Shown here: positions 52,462 to 64,000 of the stretch, one piece after another
Position numbering within the stretch: position 1 is the stretch's first letter
Layout: each line of letters opens with the position of its first letter
Source of the DNA: Phoronis australis
Taxonomy: Eukaryota > Animalia > Phoronida
Length of the DNA stretch: 64,000 nucleotides
Reading direction: 5' to 3'
Assembly (NCBI GenBank): GCA_002633005.1
Contig: NMRA01000150.1
Location: 97,147 to 161,146 of the forward strand
Notes under the pieces: generated by a model
Told to the model about the DNA's origin: nothing
Seen by the model: only the letters and a program-made list of their open reading frames with translations
Databases searched by the model: none
Made by a program: the position numbers and the translations under genes

Positions 52462-53261
52462 GCAAACATCTTGCCCCCTACTATCCAAAGAAGAGAGACT
52501 GAGAATCAAATACCAGCGTCAGCGCATTAGTGAGAGCAGCTCTGGTCATGACAGCGACCATGCATTAAATGGTGAGCAATCTGATGGTGATGATGACATA
52601 TTCCATGACAGTGATGAGGCTAGCGCCAGGGGCGACGCCTCCAAGAAACCCAAGGGGCTGATTGATGGCCTGTCACAGTTCTTCACGCCGAGCAACAAAC
52701 GCAAGTCACGCGTCTCCCTCAGTGCATTCAGCCTGCCGTCATTTTACAACAGCGGCAGTGTCAAGCCAAAGCCTAGCCAAAAGCGGCAGCAGGCACAGAG
52801 TCGTAGCCAGCAAACTGCTAATCGGCTGATCAAGAAGTCGAGAATGTTACAGGCCAATAAGGGCCGCAGAAAGAACACTGGGCCACCAGGTAGTGGTCAG
52901 CTGAAAGGACTGTTCGATGGCCTGTCACACTTGTTCACAGCACAGGGGGACCGCAAGCGCTCCATGCCGGTTTATGCGTCACCCCCTCGTATTCGTAAAA
53001 TTAAGTTTGACACAGGTCCACCCACGTCCCCGGCCTCAAGCCAGGGTCCCCCAACATTGGAGCCAAGCTGCTCTACCCCGGTGCAACTGGATGAGGAGGA
53101 GGCAACGGTCAGCATGACTAGCCGTGGCCGGGGCAGGGGTGGTGCTGGCCCAACCCGCGACCAGTTCCTGTTCCCCATGCTGGGTCAGAAGCGGCGCCCC
53201 GGTCGACCTCCGGCAAGTTCGTCGGTTGGAAGGGGCAGGGGACGTCCTGGACGGCCTCCGG
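52462..53261 (+). CDS. KAT6: KAT6 large exon: low-complexity linker with two KGL(I/F)DGLS motifs and GRP/AT-hook-like motifs
   Basis: tttcag acceptor; open frame with KGLIDGLSQFFTPS and LKGLFDGLSHLFT (KAT6 family motifs). Donor G|gtaaga; in-frame alternative GTs at 53268 and 53274. Confidence 0.9.
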
Positions 53262-53868
53262 GTAAGAGTAAGAGTGAGTGTCTTGTCCTAGACGTAGTGG
53301 CACCATTGCATCCGACAGTTGACTCTTTCCCGGCCTTGTATTGCCATGGTCTTGCATGTCTTACCTACATTGACTCTCACTTCCATCTTCACACTGTCTC
53401 TTGCTCTTGTATTCTGGGTATGGCTGTGTTTAACTGTCCAGCTAATCTTCTTTCTTTGGTGTTGTGTAAGTGGTTAGCTATTATTACTTGTTTTGCATGT
53501 TAAGTGGTATGGTTTAGTTAACAGCTGTTTGTTTGTCTGGACGGTTTTGTGTGTTTAGCCTTCCTTGTAGACATAGCCCCTCTTGCTTTATCCTTGCTAT
53601 CCTAAACCCCAGCTGTACTAAAGCACCATCTGATTGTTATGGAGTGGGTACATTATCAACCACACAGTTTTTGCATGTTGAAATGGTTTCCTATTAATCC
53701 GCTTCTTTGGTAAAACTGCTCACAATATGTTTACTACTATTTGTTTCTTCAAAGCTCATTGGGTTTAATGATCTTACTAAAATTTCACAAGCCTTGTAAG
53801 TATGAGGTTTCTGCAGTCTGGGTCTGAGTGTTTAGTAGATATGTTACAGTGATGCATTCTAATATCCA

Positions 53869-55428
53869 TTTTTACACGCCCATATATTTATATGTGGACA
53901 CCTTATGCCGTCATCTCCGTCCGTCCATCCGGGCGGCGTGCGTGCGGCGTCTGTTGCTCTATCTCCAAAACCGATTGACGTATGTTCATGATATCTTGCA
54001 CTTGTGTTCCTTTCATGGATGGGATGGCATGAGCGAACTGCGGACGGATCCGACTACCAGTGTGCCCCCTAGTTACAATTTTAATTTTTTATTTTTTCCT
54101 GTATCTTCAAAGGTCCTCAACATATTTTCACAAAATTTGGTATATAGGCATCTATTAGTGAGTCAATGGTATCCTCCAGTTTTCGGATGGATTCGACGTA
54201 GTTTGCACCACCTAGTGTCCATTTTACTGTTTTTGAGTCAATTTTTTTGGCTTCCGCCTCTCCATCAACCAATCACTTCTGGGGATGATTGTGAAAATTG
54301 GCATGTATGTTCTTACTATGGAGAGGACGGTGGACGATGATTTTCCCTCGACTTGACTACTGTGGCGCCTCCTAATGGCAGTTTTTTTTTTTTTGCGCCT
54401 ATGGCTATATCTCCTAAACCGTTGGCAAGATCTTTACTAAATTTGGTAAGTGCATTTATATGATGTTCACAACGGACGACGGCGACTTTGGAACAGATCT
54501 GACTACTGGTGTGCCAACTTATGGCAATTTTATTTTTTTTGCGTTTACTTCTGTCATCAAAGGTCCTCAACGTATTTTCATGAAATTTGGCGTACAGGCT
54601 TCTGTTAGTGAGATGATGCTATCTTTCCATTTTCAGATGGATTCGACCTTGTTTTTTGGCCATTTTTTTAGCTGTTTTTTCGTGTCCACCTCTGTATCAA
54701 CCAAACCGCTTTCAGGATAATTTTGAAAATTGGCATGTATGTTTTTACCATGGAGTGGATGGCTGACGTTGATTTTCCGATGACTTCCACTACTGTGGTG
54801 CCTCCTGGTGGCAATTTTTGTTTTTTTGCGCCCATGGTTGTATCTCTTAAATCGTTTGCAGGATCTTTACTAAAGTTAATAGTGTGTTTATATGGTTTTG
54901 ACAACGGTCGACAACGATTTTCGGATGGATCTGACTACTCGTGTGCCCCCTGGTGACAATTTTAGTTTTACGTTTACCTCTGTATCTTCTAAGATCCTCA
55001 TTATGAAGAGGACGGTTGTAGATGACAAGTCTGGTACCTCTTAATGGTTGTTTTGTTTTGTTTTGTGCCCATAGCTGTATCTCCTAAACCCACAACAGGA
55101 TCTTTATTAAATTTAATTAGTAAGTGTATTTATATTAAGCTAACAACACAATGACGACGTTCAGGCGGATCCAATGAGCAGTGTGCCCCCTAGTGGCAAT
55201 TTCATTTTTTCTGTTTTCCTTTGTTTCTCTGAAGTTCCGTGACGGATTTCTATGAAATTTGGTGTATACCTTTCTTTTAAAGAAGCAATGACAAGTTTCC
55301 GTTTTCGGATAGATTGTACATCTTTGTGCCATCTAGTGGCCATTTTTATGATCAAATAAACAACCCTAAAAGCAAAGCATTTGCGATGCATTCGTGGGCA
55401 CATTTCAACGTTCTGCGTAGCTGTTGTT
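53869..55428 (+). mobile_element. Complete HINE copy
   Basis: 5' hairpin, ccgtccgtccatcc microsatellite, monomers, and 3' end gtgggcacatttcaacgttctgcgtagctgttg. Confidence 0.8.
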
Positions 55429-55533
55429 AGTTGTTCACTTCCAACTGCTTAACAAAAATTACTATGTCATCTCAAGCCCGAGTGACTGAAATAGTTAACT
55501 TGATGATTTGATTGATCTTTGTGTTTCGCTCAG

Positions 55534-55634
55534 GTTCGGGCAAGACGCAGAAGAGTTCTTCCAGCGGACTACCAGCCTGTGTGACTGACAGGGATGTCGA
55601 GTTGTTCAAGAAGGCACAGGACATAATGCTAAAG
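55534..55634 (+). CDS. KAT6: KAT6 exon just upstream of the MYST domain
   Basis: ctcag acceptor. (G)SGKTQKSSSSGLPACVTDRDVELFKKAQDIMLK resembles the KAT6/KAT7 pre-MYST T..D.ELF...Q helix. AAG|gtgagt donor; the gene continues beyond the window. Confidence 0.9.
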
Positions 55635-56439
55635 GTGAGTATGGACAAGCTCCATCTTGTCTTTAAGGTATCTTGGTCATTATCGGGAGTCAAAGGTTTT
55701 GTTGAAAGTGGCATGCCTACAACACTGTATGACTTACCTTTGTGCCTTTTTAGGGTGGATCTTGTTATTCGTTATTGATTGCACTTCTCTTGTTTTTGTT
55801 GTCAGTTTAATGCAGGTTGTACCATGTTGCTGGAATTCGGACATTGGTTTCTTATTTCGTAAATTTAATCATGATTCAATAAGAATTTTGGTTGCAAAGT
55901 ATACTTTCTTGTTTTTTAAAAGCCCCATTTAGCACCATCTTTGAAAACAATTGTTAGTTTGAGTTTGCATTATAGGGTGAGGCCCTTTCCTTATTACACG
56001 TGATGAATCTAATGGCTGAATGAAGCCCATTGAAGGCTTCTGTGGGATGGTACATGGCTGCTAACTTGATTTATTACAGTGTGCAGTTTGTGATTTGGGT
56101 TTGACCTGGTTAGCACTGCGTGGGTTATTATTTAGTTTAAGAAAGTGGGCTCTTTGGTATGCCATCCGGCGTCCACAGCTGTTTCTCCTAAACTCCATAC
56201 AGAATCTTGATGAGATTTGACAGATATGTTCCTATGATGCTAATGACAGACGACGACAACTTTCAGACGGATCCGACTATTGGTGTACCCCCTAGTGGCA
56301 ATTTTATTTTTTTACCTTTACCTCTGTATCTTAAAAAGTCCTCTACAGGTTTTCATGAAATTTGGTACATAAGCATTCATTAGTTAGGGGACACTATCCT
56401 CTAGTTTTCGGATGGATTTGAGGTATTTTGTGCCACATA

Positions 56440-56954
56440 CTGGGCTTGGAATTTTCCGCGGAAACGCGGATTTCCACTTTTTTCAAATGTTCTGTCTGCG
56501 CATTTTATTATATTTCTGCGTAAAAAAATCGGATTTGATATTAAATTTCCGCGGCAAATTCCTTTCTTACCGCGGCTTTGCCGACGACGTTCGCCTCGAA
56601 AAGCGGAAGTTGCTCTTTATGTTTAGGAGGAACGTATATTGTCAACATTGCCGGGGGCATCTGGGATAGCGTGGTGGGATTTTCAGTGGTGACTCGTGTG
56701 ATTGTAAACTGCGGTGACAAAACTACGGCTCCGCAGCCAAAAATGTGTGGGGGTGGGAGTGGACGGACGAGCTGAAGAGACGCGGGTGCATGCTACTGAT
56801 GGTGGTAACGTTTTTTTATTTTTTGAAATTTTTTTTAAGTCCTCCCGACTTTTGTCGGCGAAAGGCTCACATCGTCTATTTCAAAGCTGTGTAGCGCGCG
56901 TGTTTTGGGCCGTAAAAGTTTCCGCGTTTTTGTCATTGGTCATTCCAAGCCTTG
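56440..56954. mobile_element. hAT6-like MITE, family A (short copy)
   Basis: ctgggcttggaat / attccaagccttg termini; perfect 6-bp TSD CACATA. Confidence 0.88.
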
Positions 56955-57729
56955 CACATAGTGTCCCATGTTTACTGCTGTTGAATCTGTTTTTTCGCGG
57001 TTGCTCCCCTATCAACCATACCACTCAGGATGATTGTGAAAATTAGCATATATGTTCTTAGTGTGTAGAGAACGGTTGATGATGATTTTCCGACGATGTC
57101 GACTACTGTGGCGCCTCTTAGAGGCGTTTTATTGTGCCCATAGCTGCATCTCCTAATCCCCTCGCAATATCTTGATGGGATTGGGCAGGTGTGTTCCTAT
57201 GAAGCTGACAACGAATGACGATGAATTTCGGATGGATCCGACCACGGGTGTGCCTCCTAGTGGCAATTTTTTTTACATTTACCTTTCAATCTTCAAAGGT
57301 CCTCGATAGATTTTCGTGAAGTTAGGTGCACAGGCATTAATTATTGAGGTGATGCTATCCTCGAGGTTTCAGATAGATTTGAGGCATTTTGTGCCACCTA
57401 TTGGCCACTTTTACTATTTTCATTTCTGTTTTTTTGGCGCCCTCCCCTCTATCTACCAAACGACTCAAAAGATGTTTGTGAAAATTGGCGTATATGTTCT
57501 TAGTGTGAAGAGGACACTGGCTTTCAAGCGTTCCTACTTTTACTACTTTTTCTTACTTTTTTGGCCTGTTCCTACTTTTCCTACTTTTTTTCTGAAATTC
57601 CTAATATTTCCTACTTTTTCCTACTTTTTTTCTCATTGCACTAAAAGTAGTGTGTAGTTGTTTTAGGTTATTAGGAATGGCTCACAAAGGACTTCCTCCA
57701 GCACAAGCGATGCTAACCAAAAGACTATG

Positions 57730-59969
57730 TAATTGGACAGCCAGCAGGACTTGACACTTTTGAGTGTAAAAGGTTTGAGTTAGTAATTCTATTGTATATC
57801 ACCTACCATTGAAGGAAAGGGGCGTATTAAGTTGCACAATCCTGGGGTTTGGTCCATGGGTGATCCAAAAGAGGACACAAAAATCCATTCATTTTGAGTG
57901 CAACACCTGTTTCAAGTTTATTTCATTCAGATCACCACTCAAATTAAAATGATGCAACTTAAGACATGAAAAGGCTTGGAGTTATTAAGATGCCTACTAA
58001 CTAACAACCAGTTATCAATTTATTTCAACTTTTAAGTGCAATAAAATTCTTTTTCCAAAAGATAGTTTAATAACTCTGGACACCATATCCACAACTTAAG
58101 GCGCCATTTCTCCTGGAGTAGCGGATAAGATGGGGTTGTTTGGACCTTAAGGGATAACAAGACTCCCAAATATGAACTTGTATAAAAAAGAGGAAATACT
58201 ACAATTTTTATTTCTGCTATGGATAAAACATTATTTGAAATGAACAACAATACAAGTTAAGACACAAAAATTCCTGGTGTAACCAATAAAGACACTTGTT
58301 AATTAACGACCAATAAATGATCTATTTAAAGATGTATTTGCATGCTCTGATCTACGCTAATGTATAACAGGAACAAAACGACAATTTTATTTGAACATCA
58401 TCTATGCTAAACAAAGTGGAGTTGTATTCATTGACAACTTGTAAATGTGAAAACGACTTTTGCACTAATGATGTACCTTGGAGGCACACATAGCCCGCAT
58501 CATGCAGTGTTATTCCCCAACTCTATGGACGCGGTTGAGTGGATCATTTTTGTCACAAAACTCATTCTCAAAAGCATGTGACAATTTGCAACGTACTTCA
58601 TATTCACATGGTTGCTATATGTTGTGTTTCTAACTTATTTGACCAAGCAATCGGAGATAAGGAACAAGTTCCTCTTCAAACTTTTATGTGCAACAAAAAT
58701 TCTTTTCCCAAAACATAAATTAGCAACATTGGACACCATAACCACAACTTAAGATGCAAATTTCCTAAGCACCCATTTGAGAAGCTTAAAAGCATCGAGG
58801 GCAGCAGTATTCCACCGTGTGAAGCTGAACTACTTCTTCACGTGGATAGAAGTGCATTTACTGGTAGACTATGGGGCACAAATCTTGGACAAAACAATCG
58901 CATCATTTGGTTCAGTGGAGAACAGATGCCCCTCTGCACTCATTCCAGAAGTTCAATTTTGAAACAAAGCCAGATGACAATGGTGGCGGTGCTGAAAGAG
59001 TTTATGGTATGGATAGTGATGTAGTCGAAATTCATGACCCTCTACCAAGAAAAATGGAATCATCTGATGAAGAGAGTGACGATCACGACTTAGATGTTTG
59101 CTGTCAAGTTACAACAGAGTGAATAGTTATCATTGCATTTTGGATTTTAGTTTTGTAGTATGAAACAATAGACTATGCCATGCATCACAATCCCATGTAC
59201 TTTCATTTCTTGCCACTAGATATGCTTCAAGCTTTAGTTTGTAGCCAGCTTATATAGTTACCCAAGATGTATCTTACCTTAATTTTTGTTTCATTTTTGT
59301 TGTTTTTGAGAGTAAATTGGTCATGTCTTCAGAGGTGTTTTTCTTTATTTGAAATAGTTTTTATCCATAGTAATCACAATTGTTGTCTTTCCTCTTTTAT
59401 ACATTCAAATTTTGTATTTCCTCGTTTATTAGGTCATTTTTGAGGGTATATCCTTCGGGGTCCAAAAACAGGAAAAATGGCATCTTAAGTTGTGGATATG
59501 GTGTCTGGAGTTAATAATCAATCTTTTGGAAAAATTTTTTTGATGCACTTAAAAGTTTAAATAAATTGATAATTGGTCGTTATGATTAGTAGGTGTCTTA
59601 AGTTGTACCATTTTAATTTGAGGTTTGATTTGAATGAAATAAACTTGAAACGGATATTGCACTTGAAATGTAAATTAAATGGATTCTTGGGTCCTCTTTT
59701 GGACCTTCCCCCCAGGGACCCTCTTTTGGACCTTCCTCCCAGGGACCCTCTTTTGGACCTTCCCCCCAGGGACCCTCTTTTGGACCTTTCCCCCAAAGAC
59801 CTCTTTTGGACCTTCCCCCCCCAGGGACCCTCTTTTGGACCTTCCCCCCAGGGACAAAGCCCAGGATTGTGCAACTTTCCTTCAATGGTAGGTGACGTAT
59901 AATTAGAATTACGCAGTCAAACCTTTTGCACTCAAAAGTGTGAATAAAGTTCTGGTGGTTCTTCAACTA
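57730..59969 (+). mobile_element. Academ deletion derivative with long TIRs
   Basis: TA(A)TTGG ... CAACTA termini, 3-bp TSD ATG/ACG, inverted arms of several hundred bp, and the transposase C-terminal remnant (IPPCEAEL...MESSDEE) shared with 50250-50590. Confidence 0.75.
59693..59855. repeat. 27-bp minisatellite, about 6 copies, inside the Academ right arm
   Basis: cctcttttggaccttccccccagggac repeated; only a single related unit in the paralog at about 51415. Confidence 0.9.
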
Positions 59970-62900
59970 ACGATAAGTATTGCCTGAGACATGAGGTAAA
60001 CGTCAGTGGTAAATATCGATGAGAACTATTGAACGCCTGCTCTTGTTCCTACTTTTCACTTCACAATTCCTACTTTTTCTTGGTTTTTTTGAAAATGTGT
60101 CGTACTTTTTTGCCTAAAACCGCTTGAAAGCCTGAGGACAGTTGGCGATGATTTTGTGATGACTTTGATTACCATGGGGCCTCCTAGTAGCAGTTTTGTT
60201 TTTTTGCACCCTTAGCTGTATCTCCTAAACCCACTGCAGGATCTTTATTAAATTTAGCAAGAGTGTTTATATGACAACGGAGGACAATTACTTTCTGACG
60301 GATCCAACAAATGCTGTGCCCTCTGGTGGCAATTTTTCCGTTTTCCTGTTTCTTTAGAGTTCCTGGATGGATTTTTATGCAGTGTGGTTAATAGGTTTCT
60401 ATAAAGTTCTAGTAGTACATGTTTTTAACCCTTATTAACTGGTTGGAAGAAATTATTAGGTACCACGCAGTACCTATCCCATAACCAATACACAAACCGT
60501 AGTCGAAGAAAGTTTAAACAAACGCGCCACTCCCGATTCCGACCTGAAGAACTCACCACCATTTTGAACTAACTGCGAAACCGGAAGTACATTTCATTTA
60601 TGAACCCAGGCTTAAGAACGCTGGCTGTGCGACAGGAGAAGTGTATGTTACCAGCCTGCAAACGGGGATAAAATAATCAACAGCGGACCTTAATTTTAAT
60701 AAAACTTAAATCAAAATAGGGACAATTTCTACTGAAACTGTTGTCAAAATGTGGCAAAATATATTTTGACAGATTTTTTGCCGGACACTGAACTGCAGCC
60801 AATGATTTGGTGCTGACCGATCGAGACCACTACACTGGCAAAAGACGAAGGCATGTCGTCCCTGGCTGTTTTATCGGAATAAATGGTTCAAATTGTAATG
60901 CTGTATACATACAAAGATAGTTTCAGACACTTGCATAAAATTACGGACTAGTCACAGTCCTGTGCCAATAATTGAATAACAAGGCCGACTATGGCGGGCT
61001 AGGCTAACCGTGCCTTACTGGATGTGGTTAATTCTGGTAAACAAACAGTTTAAGTAGAACAATGAACATGCAGTATCAAAATAACAATAAAATTGCTATA
61101 CAGTTAGAATATCCTGACCATTAAACTTGCAAAAATGTCTAAAATAAATTTAGACGGAAACTAAGATACCGGCGGTGGTCTCCCACGACTTCCGTTACGG
61201 CCGGGCAGCTGACTGCCTGCAAATAGCAATGAACGACATAATACTATTTGGTGGCGAAATAACTTCAGGAACAAAACTTGCCGTGGTGCCAAATGGTATA
61301 ATATAAGTATTAATGAGTTTAAGGTAAAAGGAACAATTCCCACATTGCCAGAAACATTCGTATTAGCTGCTACCCTGCGGAACCAGACCGCCTGGCTTGC
61401 TGTGCGCAAACATCTGTGCTCCGCGAGGCAAGATGAACACATTAATTAGCTACGCTGGCCTTGAATGAGTGAAATTCCTGTGGCAAAAAGATTAGAAAAT
61501 ACTGTATCACGTTCCTAACACTTCAACAATTTCCCATTGCTGATATTCATATCATTAACTAAAATTCACTCCTTTCCCCCTGTTCATAGCATGGAATTTT
61601 TATATTTGAACAACAGAGGTATATGTTGTAAATTTTTGTCAGGTTTTAAATTATATTTCCCTAATAATTAAAAAATCAAAGCTAATTTAGCGAAGAGTCA
61701 CGCCAACTGCAGCGGAATTACTTCGTCAGTTACTGTGTCCGGGCAGCACATTCAAAAAACAGGTGCGCGTTATTGCAATTGAGGTGCGGAGCTCACTGTT
61801 TTGAGATAAAACTTGTTTTTGTTTGTTGAAACATCGCCGTGTGTGGATGTTTTTTTTCTATTTTACATTTTTAACAGCCAGTAAAGCCATTGCCGATTTG
61901 CTGCCAAGTACACACTGCGCTCACACGTCCAGGTAGTCACAAGGCAATATGCTCACTTCAGGCTGGTACAAGACATTTGCTGATCAAGAAAGTTTTTTCC
62001 TCTATTTATTACAAAACGGGTACTGAAAGATGCTGTACCTTTGTGATGAGCCAGTGCTGACCTCAATAGCCGAGGGTTGGCTGCGGGGATGCGACGTACT
62101 TCACAAACTTATGATTATGCATTAAATACCATTTCTCATATGCAAAAAAAACAGGTAAAATTTGGACAATAAATAATCAGTTTTGTATAAAAGGAACCAA
62201 CATGAGAATCAAAAACAAGCAAACAAAGTAACAATGCATTTTCGCTCACGGTGATATCAATACTTTTTCAAGGACAACATGACCGTCATTCAGGAATCAT
62301 TCCAGAATTGATGCACAGGAACTCAGGTCAGGAAATAGCGGGAATAGGCTGAGGTATAAAATTGTGCTCAAAAAGGAGTTTGATAACAGAAAGGATGTGA
62401 ACATTATGCCATGTTACATATTACTGAATTTGGTATATATCTTTAAGTTTTTGAACGAGATTGCTGTTAGAGATAAGTGCTTTAAAAAACGATGAGATGT
62501 TCTTGTTTTCTGAAGGATTTGACGTATTTTGCACCACCCAGTGGCCATTTTTTGCTGTTTTCCATCCTGTTTTTTGCCATGTGGATGATTTAGTCCAGTC
62601 ATTCTATGGAAAACCCGGAAATAATTGCAACAGAAGGTTTTAATTATGAACTTGTGACATGTGTTCCTACTGAGAAAATAATTGCCTACTATGATCTTCA
62701 GACAGCTCAAACTACTGTGGGTCCTCCTAGTGGCATTTTTTAATGTCAGCGGCTGCATCTCCTAAACCCTCTGCAGGACCTTAGTTAATTTTTATGCGTC
62801 CACATATTTATTGATGGACCCATTATGCGGTCATCTCTGTCCGTCTGTCCGGCGTCTGCTGCTCTATTTCCAAAACCCTTTGACATACGTTCATGAAATT

Positions 62901-64000
62901 TTGCACTTATGTTCCTTTCATGGATGGGATGTGTTATTTGCAGTTTTTTCTGTTTGACACGTTTTCCCTGTTTTTTTGCCCTTTTTCTTGGATAATACTT
63001 CAGGAATCAAGGAAAATGTTTGATTTTTAGAGGAAAAAACAAAAATCTACGTGGGGCAAACCCTCCTCCTGACCTCCCCCCATTCGGTGCTATGCGCATC
63101 TACAATCATGGTTTGCGCAAATGCTTACAGACAAAATGTTAGGCCCCCCCTTGTGATATCCTAGATTCGCCTCTGTATAGGTTGATGTTAGCTGCTGAAC
63201 TACTGAATTGATGAAATTGTTTTAATGCACACTTCTGTTATTGATCTCGTCTGATGTAAATTCAAATATTAGTTTGGATTTTGTTGGACTTTGGTGGTGG
63301 TGCACTAATAACTTATCGTGAGCTTGATAGTGTTGTGTTGTAGATATGCGAGTGATTGGCTGAATGAAGGGAGAACAACGCTCCTTGTTTTCTGCCCTTT
63401 TGTTTTGGTGCAGTCTTCACATGGTGGTAAAGCAGATAGTTGTCAGATTTTAGTGGCTGAACATCTCTGGTTTCTCTTTTAGTGGTGGCTATATACAAAG
63501 GGTCATTTTGTGGCTAATTTAGTTGTCGCGTAGTCCTATTAAACTTTCATTTGAGCAGCAAGAAACCGTGGAATAAAATAACCATTAACACCATTTGTTT
63601 GAGTGATTTTTAATCTACCTATTAAAGATTAAAAGAGCCAGCCATTTCACCGTCATGTGAATGTTGCTATTTTTTCTTTGGGCTTTATTGTAACTAAGTT
63701 TAACTGGTTCGGGTACTTGGTGGATTAAGTATTATTTGCTTAAAATTTTTCATTTGATTTTGCTTATTTCGTTGTTATTGTTGCTGTGCCGCACCAGTAT
63801 GGGTTTGCTGCATTCGATCTAGTCGTGGGATCCAGGCCTTTATCCAGGATTTTGAAAATAGGGTGTCCAAAATGGGGTTCCCAATATTACAGGGCGTCCA
63901 TGATTCCGACGCGTAACCCCCCACCCCCATCAATACCCCCAAACACATAGATTTTTTTACAAAAAATGCATAGATCAAGGTTTTTACATCTAAGTTTATC

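Larger units (their letters stand above)
57517..60134. mobile_element. hAT6-like family B composite element, copy 2
   Basis: ctggctttcaagcg / cgcttgaaagcctg termini; perfect 6-bp TSD AGGACA. Confidence 0.88.
56160..62931 (+). mobile_element. HINE-family cluster interrupted by hAT6-like elements and an unclassified insert of about 2 kb; a new HINE 5' end at about 62789
   Basis: Monomers at 56160-56439, 56955-57516, 60135-60400 and 62420-62788. Confidence 0.65.

Noticed and set aside
53828-54340. 170-aa ORF and other ORFs in HINE arrays
   Set aside because: They lie in non-coding repeat monomers and are not conserved in frame between copies.
59557-59966. Repetitive-peptide ORFs (LDLPPRDPL / GPKEGPWG)
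   Set aside because: A by-product of a 27-bp minisatellite.
63300-63500. Possible next KAT6 exon
   Set aside because: No MYST-like translation (e.g. IEFGKYEI.TWYSSPYP) found; the next exon is probably outside the window.

Overview
Eukaryotic, intron-rich invertebrate-type (probably bilaterian) genomic DNA, not prokaryotic. It has two N-gaps (20698-21232, 33758-34165). Two protein-coding genes lie in tandem on the + strand. The first is the last three exons of adenosine kinase (ADK). The second is the 5' part of a KAT6A/B (MOZ/MORF/enok) histone acetyltransferase: SAMD1-like winged helix, H15 domain, double PHD finger, an extra MYT1/HBO1-type C2HC finger and the pre-MYST region; the MYST domain lies beyond the window. 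Introns are almost saturated with nested non-autonomous transposons: Helentron-type HINEs, hAT5/hAT6-like MITEs, Kolobok, Academ, CCGTA-ended Tc1/pogo-like elements, a Sola-like element and a truncated RNase H-bearing LINE. Most notable: ADK-KAT6 adjacency as in human ADK-KAT6B; a Cys-rich uORF in the KAT6 leader; a symmetric exon carrying most of the extra zinc finger; HINE arrays with a CTCF-like motif about every 147 bp; a transposon family carrying a HIRAN-like ORF; and an hAT6+Academ composite that apparently moved as a unit. All calls come from manual reading. Comparisons with human genes are from memory and need checking.
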